Position numbers and translations under genes: made by a program. A model generated the notes under the pieces. That model saw nothing but the letters and a program-made list of their open reading frames with translations, was not told the DNA's origin and ran no database searches. From NCBI GenBank assembly GCA_951406725.2, contig OX597842.1:5580001-5644000 (forward strand): DNA of 64,000 nt, given 5' to 3'. Below are positions 51,476 to 64,000 of the stretch, piece after piece. The stretch's first letter is position 1. Each line of letters opens with the position of its first letter. This DNA comes from Octopus vulgaris. Taxonomy: Eukaryota.

Positions 51476-52581
51476 TATATATACAGATAAGAATATATAT
51501 CATCATCATTTAAATTCTACATTCCATGCTGGCCCCAGTCGGATGGTTCGACAAGATCTGATGGGTCTAATGACTGCAGCCCTTCCTAATACTAAACACG
51601 TAACAGTGTTAACTGGGTGCTTTTTTTGTAACACTAGCACTTGTGAGGTTATCATATAGCTTGCAAGTTTATGAACCCTGAAGGGGTGGGTTTATGCTAC
51701 CAGAAAAGAAGGGGCCCGATCAGAACAAGTTTCTTGTAGAAGAGCTACATGACTTTTTTTTAATATTTGGCCATGCTGGGGCACTGCTTTGAACAATGTT
51801 TCGTCAAATGAATCAATCTCAGTACTTATCTTTTTTTAAAGTCTAGTACTTATACTATAGTGTGGAGGCACATAGCCTAGTGGTTAGAGCAGTGGACTCA
51901 TGGTCGAGGGCTCGGAGGTTCGAATCTCAGACCAGGCGATGTATGTATTTATGAGTGAAACACCTAAGCTCCATGCGGCTCCGGCAGAAGGTAATGGCGA
52001 ACTTCTGCTGACTCTTTCGCCAGAACTTTCTCTCACTCTTTCCTCCTGCATCTTGCAGCTCACATGCGATGGACTGGCATTCCGTCCAGGTGGGGGAACC
52101 TATATGCCAAGGAAACCGGGAAACTGGCCCTTATGAGCTAGGCATGGCTCGAGAAGGAACAAACAAAACTTATACTATCACTCATTTTTGTTGAACTGCT
52201 CAGTTATCAGAACATAAACACACCAACACCGGTTATCAAGCGGTGGTGGGGGTGACAAAGACACACAGACGATGGGATTGCTTCAGTTTCTGTTTACCAA
52301 ATCCACTGACAAGAATTTTGGTCGGCCCGAGGCTACGGCAGGAAGAAATTTGCCCAAGGTGTCATGCAGTGGGACTGAACCCAGAACCTTGTGGTTGGGA
52401 CGCAAATTTCATACCATAGAGCTACGCCTGATAGCTGCATGGTTACGAAGTTAACTTTGCAAAAATGTGGTCTCAGGTTCGTTCCCACTCCGTGGCACAG
52501 AGTGAAAATGTAACTATACCCAAGACAGTAGATTCGGTGGACAAAAACTGAATGAAGACCATCGTATATATATATATAGTC

Positions 52582-52975
52582 ATAGGAGTGGGTGTGTGGT
52601 AAGTAGCTTGCTTACGAACCACATGATTCTGGGTTCAGTCCCACTGCGTGGCACCTTGGGCAAGTGTCTTCTACTATAACCATGGGCTGACGAAAGCCTT
52701 GTCAGAGGATTTGGTAAATGGAAACTGAAAGAAGCCCGTTGTATGTATGTATATATATATATAAGTGTGTGTGTGTGTGTCTGTGTTTGGCCCCCCAACA
52801 TCGCTTGACAACCGATGATGGTGTGTTTACGTCCCCGTAACTTAGCGGTTCGGCGAAAGGACTCGATTGAATAAGTACTAGGCTTACAAAGAAAATAGTC
52901 CTGGAGTCGATTTGCTCGACTAAAGGCGGTGCTCCAGCATGGCCACAGTCAAATGACTGAAACAAGTGAGAAAGA
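52582..52975 (+). mobile_element. SINE family A copy
   Basis: Match to the family A consensus. Confidence 0.85.
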
Positions 52976-52990
52976 GTATGTATGTATGTG

Positions 52991-53021
<31 letters not shown>

Positions 53022-53508
53022 ATATTGGCGGAGGGGGGGGACTACAGGCGCGGTCGTCTCCTTGTGTGTATTCACATCTACAATCGCTTCTACGGTGCGA
53101 CGGGCGGTGTTGTTGTCTATTTCTCCCCTCAATAAATAGTCCGGTAACTTCGTACCTTCATAACTGCGTAAAATAAAAGATCCCTCACTTGCAAAACGGG
53201 TTAAGAGTTAGCGTCAGCAAGAGTACCCTGCTGTTAATATTTCTGATATTCGTGCTACGCGTGCTAGGAATAAGACAAACGGGCATAATACAAATGAATG
53301 ACACATACATACACTCGCACATACGCACAAGCTTTTACTCGTTCCAGTTTAAAAGCTGTAGTATCCGTAAAAATATTTACGAATGCGAAGTGGGAATTCA
53401 AACTGTCACTCCGAACATATACCAGAATATTCCACGTTCTGCGTACGCTCACAAGGCGCAGGAAACTTTAATCTGGTGCCTCATATACATACATATATAT
53501 ATATATAG

Positions 53509-53645
53509 ATTCATATCTATGTGTATACGTAGGTATACGCGTGTAGAATACATCCCGACTTTTGGCACTATTTTATTAGTAAACAGTACGAAAAGTGTTG
53601 ATGTATTCTACACACGTATACCTACGTATACACATAGATATGAAT
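53509..53645. repeat. (TA)n-flanked foldback element
   Basis: attcatatctatgtgtatacgtaggtatacgcgtgtagaatacatc ... gatgtattctacacacgtatacctacgtatacacatagatatgaat. Confidence 0.9.
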
Positions 53646-53885
53646 GTGTAACAACATATATATATATGTTACTTGGCTTTACTTATAAAACACACACACA
53701 CCTATATACAAACATACATACATATATATATATAAGCTATACATATAAATATACACACACACACACATACCATCTTATATATATATATATAAAGAGACAA
53801 ATAGATTAAGTACTAGGGTCGATTGGTCCAACTAAAGGCGGTGCCTCAGCATAGCCGCAGTCTAAACAAGACTGAAAGATAAAAC

Positions 53886-53923
<38 letters not shown>

Positions 53924-54350
53924 ATGGTATGTGTGTGTGTATATTTATATGTATAGCTTAGTGGATAGACAGATATATATATATCGAAATATTCACATAC
54001 ACATGTACAATACATTCATGTATACACACAGATATTATATACATATATACACACAGACACTATATACATGTGTGTGTGTCCGTATACACACCATACTGCG
54101 CCAGGAACTCAGAAATTATACACACCAAAGTCCCAATATCCTTATATACACCCACATATATATATTCATAGGAGTGTGTATGCGTTTGAGTATAGTATAT
54201 ACGTGTATATACATAAAAAACTAGGCTATATATGGTTATGTATGGTTATATACATGTATGTATAATAAAAGGATGTAGAGTGGATAATATACACAAGCAA
54301 CACTTCAGGCTTGGGGGCCCAAAAAAAGGGGAAAAACCAGGGTTTGAAAC

Positions 54351-54456
54351 CTTTCTGTATCCTCAGCTGCGCGGCAGATGCCTTCTTCTGGCTGCCCCCG
54401 CGGTCGGCAGGGTCGGTTCCATCCTTCTTCTGTTTCAGGGAGAATAATCTGATCAT
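54351..54456 (-). CDS. UBE2M: UBE2M coding exon 1
   Basis: MIRLFSLKQKKDGTDPADRGGSQKKASAAQLRIQK G|gtttca; the Ubc12-specific N-terminal extension. Confidence 0.97.
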
Positions 54457-54620
54457 ATTTGTCTAAAGAAGTCTGTCAAAAGTGTTTTGCTTCTCTCATC
54501 AGAGATGGACATACTATAGGCAGAGTAGAGCTGGCAACCGGATGTTTAGTTGCGTATCTGGCTATTTCGTATGAGCCATGTCGTTGAAATCCTCGCTTCT
54601 ATGCCTCGAAGATGTATTCG
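54457..54620 (-). promoter_or_regulatory. Probable UBE2M 5'UTR/proximal promoter
   Basis: Unique CpG-containing sequence upstream of the ATG, with an ETS-like ACCGGATGT at 54537-54545. The TSS cannot be determined from sequence. Confidence 0.35.
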
Positions 54621-55052
54621 TTGGAGGGATTAATTCATCTAGTGGTTTTTTATTCCTTTTCTGAATTATTATTTTCATTTTTGGAATCGATTTATGTGTT
54701 TGTATCTGCGTGTCTATGCGTATCTATCTATACGTATATACACGTGCATACATTTATATACACAGAGTTTGACTTATACACACACACACACGTATTCTTC
54801 TACTTGTTCCAGTAGTCAGACTGTGGCCATGCTGGGGCACCGCCTTGACCGTTTTTTTTATTGTTTTTTTTTTTAGTCGAATGAATCCACCACGGCCTTA
54901 TTTTTTTTTAAAAGCCTGGTGCTTACTCTGTCGGTCTGTTTAGCCGAACCGCTAGGTTACGGGGACGCAAACACACCAACACCGGTTGTTAAGCGGCGGC
55001 GGTGGGCCAAACAATATTCTAGCAAGTAATTGGAATTTATGAATCCAGGCAG

Positions 55053-55064
55053 ATATCTATACTA

Positions 55065-55095
<31 letters not shown>

Positions 55096-55156
55096 ATCTA
55101 TCTGTCTGTCTATCTATCTATCTATCTGTCTGTCTATCTATCTATCTATCTGTCTG

Positions 55157-55191
<35 letters not shown>

Positions 55192-55196
55192 GTCTA

Positions 55197-55227
<31 letters not shown>

Positions 55228-55232
55228 GTCTG

Positions 55233-55271
<39 letters not shown>

Positions 55272-55372
55272 GTCTATCTATCTGTCTGTCTGTCTATCTG
55301 TCTATCTATCTGTCTGTCTATCTATCTGTCTATCTATTTATCTATCTATCTATCTATCTATCTGTCTGTCTA

Positions 55373-55432
<60 letters not shown>

Positions 55433-55444
55433 TCTATCTGTCTA

Positions 55445-55475
<31 letters not shown>

Positions 55476-55480
55476 GTCTG

Positions 55481-55519
<39 letters not shown>

Positions 55520-55557
55520 GTCTATCTATCTGTCTGTCTGTCTATCTGTCTATCTAT

Positions 55558-55607
<50 letters not shown>

Positions 55608-55688
55608 GTCTGTCTGTCTGTCTATCTATCCATCTAATTATCTATCTATCTACCTATCTATCTATCTGTCTATCTGTCTGTCTATCTG

Positions 55689-55731
<43 letters not shown>

Positions 55732-55736
55732 GTCTA

Positions 55737-55795
<59 letters not shown>

Positions 55796-55957
55796 GTCTA
55801 TCTATCTGTCTGTCTGTCTAGCTGTCTGTCTGTCTGTCTGTCTATCTGTCTGTCTGTCTGTCTATCTGTCTGTCTGTCTGTCTGTCTGTCTATATATCCA
55901 TCTATCTATCTATCTATCTATCTATCTATTTGTCTATCTATCTGTCTGTCTGTCTAT
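55053..55957. repeat. (TCTA/TCTG)n tetranucleotide tract
   Basis: Direct reading. Confidence 0.97.
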
Positions 55958-56099
55958 TGATTATATATATAATAATACTTACACACATATATACATGCAT
56001 ATACACACACATGCACGCACACACACACACATATACATACACAGACACACACATATATATACATACGTACACACGTGTGTGTATATATATATATATATT

Positions 56100-57350
56100 C
56101 TCTGTGCTGATGACCTTCTAATAGCTGAGTCACAATCAGAACTAGAGGAGAAGTTTCAGGTATAGAAATAAGGTCTAGAATCAAAGGGCCTTGGAGTCAA
56201 TCTAGCAAAAACCAAAGTCCTAGTAAGTAGGAAGGCAAATCTCTTCAGGTAGATGGCCCTGCTCAATCTGTAGAAAAGGCGTAGGTAGAAACTCCATAAG
56301 ATGTACCTGGTGTAAGCTATGGACACATAAGAGGTGCAGCAATATCAAAGGAAGACTAACCAGGAAGATAGGTCTTGAATATGATAAATGCTCAGGGGCA
56401 ATAAACACTAAAAATGTTCAGAAAACAGTTTCTGTCACATGCCAGGGGGAAAGACTAGAAGTAGTTGATAGCTTCCATTACCTAGGTGACCAAGTCAGTA
56501 GTAGGAGTGGATGCTCTGAGAGTGTAGCTGCTAGAATAAGAATAGCCTGAGCAAAGTTCAGAGAGCTCCTACCTCTGCTGGTAACAAAGGGCCTCTTGCT
56601 CAGAGTGAAAGATAGATTGTATGACACGTGTGCAAACAGCCATGCTACATGGTAGAAAAAAATGGGCCATGGCTGCTGAGGATATGCGTAAGCTTGCAAG
56701 AAATGAAGCTAGTATTCTCCGCTGGATGTGTAATGTCAGTGTGCAACACGACAGAGTGTAAGCACTCTGAGAGAAAAGTTGGACATAAGAAGCATCAGAT
56801 GTGGCATGCAAGAGAGACGACTGCGCTCGTATGGTTATGTGTTGCGTATGGATGAGGACAGCTGTGTGAAAAAGTGTCACACCCTAGCAGTAGAGGGAAC
56901 CTGTGGAAGACATATGCCCAGGAAGACTTGGGATGAGGTGATGAAGCACGACCTACAAATGTTGGGTCTCATGGAGGCAATGACAAGCCTTTGGAGATAT
57001 GCTGTGCTTGAGAAAACCCGGTAAACCAAGTGAGACCATACCATGGCCTATGCCAGTGCAGCATAACTGGCCCATTTAAGAGTACTCTTCAATCATTGGG
57101 CAGTATACTGTGCAATAAACTGCAGCTGATGCCAGTACCACCTGACTGGCTCCTGTGCCGGTGGCACATAAAAAGCACCATTTGAGCAGCCACTACACTC
57201 TCAGAGGGGTTAGCATTAGGAAGGGCATCCAGTTGTAGAAACCTTGCCAGATCAGATTGGAGCCTGGTACAGCCTCTGGCTCACCAGTCCTCACTCAAAC
57301 TGTCCAACCCATGCCAGCATGGAAAGCGGATGCTACACAATGATGATGTG
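56100..57350 (+). mobile_element. Degraded RTE-clade LINE 3' part with Cys-rich insert and 3' tail
   Basis: CSICRKGVGRNSIRCTWCKLWTHKRCS, then LEVVDSFHYLG and ERRLRSYGYVLRMDEDSCVKKC...PRKTWDEV; frameshifted. Confidence 0.85.
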
Positions 57351-57358
57351 TGTATGTA

Positions 57359-57426
<68 letters not shown>

Positions 57427-57432
57427 TACATA

Positions 57433-57650
57433 CAAAAATTCTATAATTATAAGCATAATAATAATTAGGGTTCAGCAAATTGCTTCACCACTTACCGGAA
57501 TTTAGAAACAGCAGTTAGATATTATTCCTCGACCATAAGTAATAATATGGTAGAGGAATAGTATTTAACTGCTATTTCTAAATTTCGGTATGTGGTGAAG
57601 CAATTTGCTGAACCCTAATTATAATTATGCTTATAATTATAGAATTTTTG
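57433..57650. repeat. ~218-bp palindrome next to (TA)n
   Basis: caaaaattctataattataagcataat...agggttcagcaaattgcttcaccac ... gtggtgaagcaatttgctgaaccct...attatgcttataattatagaatttttg. Confidence 0.92.
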
Positions 57651-57764
57651 CATAAAGTTACTGATAAAGGTTCTTTTAACATACCAAACTACTTGGTAAA
57701 ATTATTAATTATTAATTAATAAATTAATTTTACCCTTTATTATTATTGAAAATATATGTATGTA

Positions 57765-58315
57765 TGCCCCCAGCTGTGTAAAATTAACAGTGGACCTTGA
57801 AGCAATCCTGTGAAGCTTCACAAAGAAGATCATCTCATCGCAACAGCTCAGCTACTGGGAAAGGCTGAAACAGCCAAGACTCTACTCCCTGAAGTTTAAG
57901 CAGGAGAGATATGCTGTGATATACATTTGGGAGATGCAGAGAGAGACTGTGCCAAAGCTACACAAACCACGGTATGGGTTGACACTGCACAGTGCCAAAA
58001 ATCCCAGCAATGCACTTCAGGACCAGTTATTGCAACTTCCTGGGTTTCAAGGGCCCACAGCTTTTTAATATTCTCCCAAAGAGCTTGAGGGACCCACACA
58101 AAGTAAATGTAGGTGTTTTCAAATCAAAACTGGATCTCTTCTTGTCAAGAGTCCTAGATGAACTTACTTCATGGCAGGAGGAGCAAATAAGGGCAGCGAT
58201 ATCAAACTCCCTTATTTATCGAATGCCAAATATCAGAAGAGGCTCTCAATAATAACAGTGTAGCAAACTGGTGATGCCCCAGCATGGCCACAGCTTTGAG
58301 CTGAAGCTGATTTTA
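57765..58315 (+). mobile_element. CR1/L2-like LINE 3' fragment
   Basis: GPQLFNILPKSLRD...FKSKLDLFLSRVLDE followed by the tail GCCCCAGCATGGCCACAGC. Confidence 0.7.
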
Positions 58316-58384
58316 AAAAATGTGTGTGTGTGTGTGTGTGTGCATGTATGTGCATATATATATGTGTGTGTGTTTGTGTGTATT

Positions 58385-59180
58385 ATCATCATCATCGTTT
58401 AACAACCGTTTTCCATGCTAGCATGGGTTGGGTGATTTTGACTGAGGACTGGAGAACCAGATGGCTGTACCAGACTCCAATCTGATCTGGCAACGACCTC
58501 GCTCGAATGTTTTTTCAGGTGCCACCAGCACAAGTGCCAGTAAGGTGACGCAGGTAACAATCATGCTCAAATGGTGCTTTTTATGTACCACTGGCACGAA
58601 GGCCAGCTTGTTGCTCTGGCAACGATCTCACTCATATGGTACTCTTAACGCTCCACTAGCAACGGATGCCAGTCACCAAGTTTGATTTCGATTTCACTTG
58701 CCTCAACAGGTCTTCACAAGCAGCATTTAGTGTCCAAAGAAGGAAAAGGTACGCATAAGTGGGCTGGTTACGCCTCTGGCATAGGCCATGGGTTATGGTC
58801 TCACTTGGCTTGCCGGGTCTTCTCAAGCACAGCATATTTCCAAAGGTCTCGGTCACTAGTCATTTCCTTGGTGAGGCCTAAAGTTCGAAGGTCGTGCTTC
58901 ACCACTTCATCCCAGGTCTTCCTGGGTCTACCTCTTCCACAGGTTCCCTCAATTGCTAGGGTGTGGCACATTTTCACACAGCTATCCTCATCCATTCTTG
59001 CCACATGACCATACCAGCACAGTCGTCTTTCTTGCACACCACAACTGATGCTTCTTAGGTCCAGCTTTTCTCTCAAGGTACTTATACTCTGTCGAGTATG
59101 AACACTGACATTACACATCCAGCAGAGCATACTGGCTTCATTCCTTGCAAGCTTACACATGTTCTCAGCAGTCACAGCTG
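58385..59180 (-). mobile_element. RTE-clade LINE 3' fragment with 3'UTR
   Basis: VQERRLCWYGHVARMDEDSCVKMCHTLAIEGTCGRGRPRKTWDEVVKHDLR. Confidence 0.85.
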
Positions 59181-59598
59181 GTGGCATCTAAAAAGCACCA
59201 TCTGAATGTTGCTGATGCCAACGCCACCTGACTGGCTCCTGTGCTGGTGGCATGTAAAAGGCACCATCCTGAATGTGGTTGATGCCAGCCCCCTTACCCC
59301 GACTGGCTCCTGAGCTGGTGTTAGGAAGGGCATCCAGCTGTGGAAATTCTGCCAGATCAGACTGAAGCCTGGTGCAGACTCCTGGCTTGCCAGTCCCCAG
59401 TCAAACCGTCCAACCCATGCCAGCATGGACGGTAAATGATAATGATGATGATGATATATATATATGTTCAAATCGCACGTGTCTTGAATGGGCTGGAGTA
59501 TTTCTATTTTGGATTCATTTGGGGTATTTAGTTGTGCTCGTGACTTAGTGTTTGCTTCTTCCATGGGTATGAGTATCTCATTTACTTCTTTGCCACAT

Positions 59599-59654
59599 GT
59601 ATCACTGATGAAGGGAGGGTTCTTTTTGAACTAACCCTGAAATTGGTCCGATAT
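59599..59654 (+). ncRNA. Type-I hammerhead ribozyme motif (decayed) in a TA-flanked element (59466-59800)
   Basis: GTATCA-CTGATGA-AGGG-AG-GGTTC-TTTTT-GAACT-AA-CCCT-GAAA-TTGG-TC-CGATAT; GUC cleavage triplet ending at 59648. Confidence 0.65.
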
Positions 59655-61472
59655 GGTCATAATGGAATTTTTTAGAGATTTCTGTTGACCTTTTTTCGAG
59701 TAGTGTGCATATTGGGGAAAAAAATTATATAGTAAATGGACAATATGTCCAATTTTTGGCATTAGAAATGTTTTCGTTTGCCCTTATTTATAAGTTGTAT
59801 ATATATATATATGTATATATATATATACACACAGACATGCAGGAAGTAAACAGACATACATTGTTCACTTTCCTGACCTCTGTTCATAATGCACCTTTGA
59901 TGAGTTGTAGTGCACCTGAGCTCTATATATAATAATTTAATTTTGATTTTTTTTTTGTGCTTGAAGAGACCTATTGAGTCAAGGACATCAACATCAAAAT
60001 CAAATCAAACCACAATCAAATGGAAATTGTAGTTGTGGCTGATGCCAGTGCCGCCAAAAAATTGCCGGAAATCTTCAAATTCCTCTTGCTAATGTTAATA
60101 GAATTATAGTGCAATTCAAAAGCCAAGGAAAAGAACCAACAGATTCTTGTCCTGGCCGACCTGGGCCCTCGGAAAGGAAGTACCATCCTGAACGTGGTCA
60201 ATGCCAGCCCCCCTGCTCTGACTGGCTCCTGTGCCTGTGGCATGTAAAAAGCACCCACTAGTAGCAGAGTGGTTGGCGTTAGGTAGAGCATCCAGCTGCC
60301 AGAGAAGTTGGGTATTATGGACGAGCAGCTAGAAGAAAACCTCTCCTTCAACCAATTAATAGCAAATAAAAGATTTTGAAAATTAAAGGTGTTAATTTAC
60401 TTCCCGCATGTCTAAATATATATGTATGTATACACACGCTCACACACAAACACATACAATTATCCCTATATATGTATATATCTTTTATCATTTACCTGCT
60501 TCAGTCATTAGACTGAGGCCATGCTGGGGCACCACCTTGAAAAATTTTGGCTGAATGAATCTACCCCAGGCTTTTCTTTTATGCCTGGTATGTATTTTAT
60601 TGGTCTTGATTGCTGAACTGCTAAGTTGCAGGGACATAAACACAACACCAGTTGTCAAGCAGTGGTGGGGGACAAACGCAGACACAAAGTCACACACACA
60701 GAGGTTTATATGTCTATATACTTATGTATGTGTTTGTGTGTGTTCTTTTACACTTTTTTCTTTTACTTGTTTCAGTCATTTGACTGTGGTCATACTGGAG
60801 CACAGACTTTAGTTGAACAAATCGACCCTAAGACTTATTCTTTGTCAGCCTATCAGTCTATCAGTATCTTTTGCTGAACCACTAGGTTATGGGGATATAA
60901 ACACACCAACATTGGTTGTCAAGCAATGGTGGAGTGACAGACACACATAGATGCACACACACATACACACACACACATACACACACACACACACATATAT
61001 ACATATATACGATGGGCTTCTTTCAGTTTCCGTCTACCAAATCCACTCACAAGGCTTTGGTTGGCCCAAGGCTATAGCAGAAGATACTTGCCCAAGATGC
61101 CATGCAGTGGGACTGAACCTGCAACCATGTGGTTCGTAAGCAAGCTACTGATCACACAGCTACTCCTACAATGATGGGCTTCTTTCAGTTTCCGTCTACC
61201 AAATCCCCTCACAAGGCTTTAGTTGGTCCAAGATTAGAGTAGAAGACACTTGCCCAAGGTGCCACATAGTGGGACTGAACCCAGAACCATGTGGTTGGGA
61301 AGCAATCTTCTTAGCACTCCTATATCCACCCGGATTCCCCTGTAAAGCACTTTTCGCTACATTTGGTGTGTCTTTTCTAATTGTGCTACCAATCCACTTC
61401 CCCTTTTTCTTAAATATTTGCTCCCTAATCGAAACTTGATTTGTTCTTTGCCATAGCTCCATATTGCTTATG

Positions 61473-62195
61473 CATACTACTAGCGAACAGTGGTCCCTGT
61501 GCGCGCATCCATGCATCCCCACTAGCTACTCATAAGCAGTCAATTCTACGACTTTTTAACCCTAACCCTAACCTTCGTTTGGGATCTTTTCGGTTTGAAC
61601 GGCAGTTTTTAACATAATTTCCACGTAACTAAACACTTTTAAACTTCGTACACTGGTAGAATGTGTTTATAAAACATCTTTTTCTCTTGGCTTTATTGAG
61701 AAAATTCTATAGTTTGTAACATATTTCGTCTTTAATTTCTTGCATTTCGGCAATTTCAACCAATTAATGACGTCTTTGAAGTAAAAAAAACATTCTGTGC
61801 CATATGAATATGTCCCTCGTTTAAGAAACAGATTGGGTTTATTTACATTTGTGAAGAAAAAAAGATACCCTTCCTCCCACCCCTAACTCTAACCCTAACC
61901 CTAAAACTTTGACATGCAATAGATCGATACTAGGGCCATAATTATGGGTGACAATTTCATACGGCATTGCTAGAAAAAAATCCCATTTTCTGTTTATAAA
62001 AATAATTTATTTACTTAGTTTACAAAATTATTTACTTTGCGTTTTATTTACTTTGTTCGAAAAATATTATTTAATTTTCTTTGATATGTATTCAGCCTTG
62101 AAATACCACCATACGCGCAAGTCGTTGTAGGATCGACTACTTACGTCAGGCTAGCGCGAGTGCGCGCACCGGGACCACTGTTCGCTAGGAGTACC
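61473..62195. mobile_element. Non-autonomous DNA transposon (MITE) with ~33-bp TIRs and candidate 8-9 bp TSD
   Basis: tactactagcgaacagtggtccctgtgcgcgca / tgcgcgcaccgggaccactgttcgctaggagta; ttgcttatg at 61464-61472 and 62196-62204. Confidence 0.75.
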
Positions 62196-62461
62196 TTGCT
62201 TATGTGTAGATAGTAGAGATAAAAATAAACGTTATGCAATTAAAGGAGTCGCAAGACAGCAAGAGATAGCAGTTAAACCTCTTTTAGTCTTATAAAATGA
62301 AGGGCATACCAAATGAAGTAGTTGTGAGGCCGAATAAAGGAGAGTGTGGTAGTGACCAGCCAAATGGCTACAGCTGAGGCGGTCTTCTGAAGGATAATTG
62401 TTTCGAGGTCATCGGGAATTATTCCCCTTTGATCATAATTAATTGGCTTTCGTTTATAACG

Positions 62462-63305
62462 CCGTGTGTGAGGTGTGTGTGTTTGTGTGTATGTGTGTGT
62501 GCGGGTTTTGTCTAGATGTGTGTGTAAGTTTGATTATGTGTTTTCTCTGTGTGTTTGTGTGTATGTGTATATGTGTTTATGGCCTGTTTGTATCTATCTG
62601 TGAGTGGCGTGTTCCTGTGTATGTGCATGTGTGTGGTATGTTTGTGTGTGTGTTTTCTCTGTGTGTATGTGTGTGTGTTTGTGTGTTGGCATGCGTGTTT
62701 GAGTGTGTGTGTGTGTCCGAGTGGTATGTGTGTTTTAGTGTCAGGTTTTTGTGTATTTGTGTGTATGTATTTATGGTGTGTTTGTATCTGTATCTGTGTG
62801 TGGCATGTTCCTGTGTATGTGTATGTGTGTGTGGTATGTTTGTGTGTGTGCGGGTTTTGTCTAGGTGTGTGTGTGTAAGTTCGATTATGTGTTTTCTGTG
62901 TGTGTGTTGCTATGCGTGTTCGTGTGTGTGTGTGTCTGAGTGGTATGTGTGTGTTGATATATAGTTGTTTGTGTATTTGGATATATGTATTTATGGCGTG
63001 TTTGTATCTGTATCTGTGTGTGGCGTGTTCCTGTATATGTGTAATGTGTGTGGTATGTTTGCGTGTATGTGTGTGTGCGGGTTTTGTCTAGGTGTGTGTG
63101 TAAGTTCGATTATGTGTGTTGCTATGCGTGTTCGTGTGTGTTTTCTATGTGTGTGTGTGTGTGTCTGTCAGCATGCGTGTTAGAATGCGAATGTGTGTGT
63201 AGTTAGTGATGCGTGTATGTATGCCTATGGGGCAAATACCGTGTGTGTTTGTGCGTGCTTTTGGGCGCACGCCTGTGTGTGCGTATTTGGGCGTATGTGT
63301 GTATA
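62462..63305. repeat. Degenerate (GT)-rich tract with internal duplications
   Basis: Direct reading. Confidence 0.85.
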
Positions 63306-63492
63306 TGCAGTGGCGGACTGGGATCTTTTCCTTTTGAACGGCACTTTTCAACACTATTACTAAGTCAACTAAACACTTTTAGGCGATCTTTCGTCTCTAG
63401 TAGACCTTTCCGTCGATTTCCGTAAAAAAAATTTTTTTTTTTTACACATGGGCTTGCGGGAACTTTTGAAGTAATATACATAATATACATAT

Positions 63493-63663
63493 GGCGCAGG
63501 AGTGGCTGTGTGGTAAGTAGCTTGTTTACCAACCACATGGTTCTGGGTTCAGTCCCACTGCGTGGCACCTTGGGCAAGAGTCTTCTACTATAGCCTCGGG
63601 CCGACCAAAGCCTTGTGAGTGGATTTGGTAGACGGAAACTGAAAGAAGCCTGTCGTATATATG

Positions 63664-63695
<32 letters not shown>

Positions 63696-63915
63696 CACGT
63701 GTATGTTTGTGTGTCTGTGTTTGTCCCCCCAACATCGCTAGACTGATGCTGGTGTGTTTATGTCCCCGTCACTTAGCGATTCGTCAAAAGAGACCGATAG
63801 AATAAGTACTGGGCTTACAAAAGAATAAGTCCCGGGGTCGAGTTGCTCGATTAAAGGCGGTGCTCCAGCATGGCCGCAGTCAAATGACTGAAACAAGTAA
63901 AAGAGAGAGTAAAGA
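63493..63915 (+). mobile_element. SINE family A copy
   Basis: Match to the family A consensus. Confidence 0.85.
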
Positions 63916-64000
63916 GTATACATATACACATACACCGAGTAAAAAATTTCAGTTATCTCTCTCTTTCACACATTACTCTCTCTGTCTCTTCACACACACT

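Noticed and set aside
53189-53809. 206-aa ORF antisense to UBE2M intron 1
   Set aside because: Non-ATG start, low-complexity TA-derived content and no recognisable domain.
55030-55821. 263-aa [11 protein letters not shown]
   Set aside because: (TCTA/TCTG)n microsatellite.
61557-61903. Interstitial telomere or chromosome fusion site
   Set aside because: Only 3-4 hexamers per run, all in the same orientation, inside a TIR element.

Overview
Eukaryotic, AT-rich and very repeat-dense genomic DNA with one 100-N scaffold gap (23928-24027). The repeat landscape (several tRNA-derived SINE families, RTE/CR1 fragments, mariner relics, long (TA)n/(CA)n tracts) suggests an Octopus genome, which is an inference. 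I reconstructed two convergent intron-containing genes by hand, each with GT-AG boundaries and consistent phases. One is a two-LIM cysteine/glycine-rich protein (CSRP/muscle-LIM family; + strand, 5 coding exons, 4596-19911, 191 aa). The other is the NEDD8-conjugating enzyme UBE2M/Ubc12 (- strand, 5 coding exons, 54456-32412, 182 aa). UBE2M intron 1 holds an intact intron-containing tRNA-Leu(CAA), and a dispersed 5S rRNA copy lies at about 257-372. Almost all ORF-track entries are artefacts of microsatellites or SINEs. The most striking unexplained structure is a set of short elements, mostly in or beside (TA)n tracts, that carry minimal type-I hammerhead-ribozyme motifs with covarying stem I. 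Seven foldback palindromes beside TA tracts accompany them, and one shares its end with a hammerhead element. Also notable are tandem arrays built from retroposon heads or tails (144 bp, ~148 bp and 96 bp units) and SINE multimers with an identical junction at independent loci.
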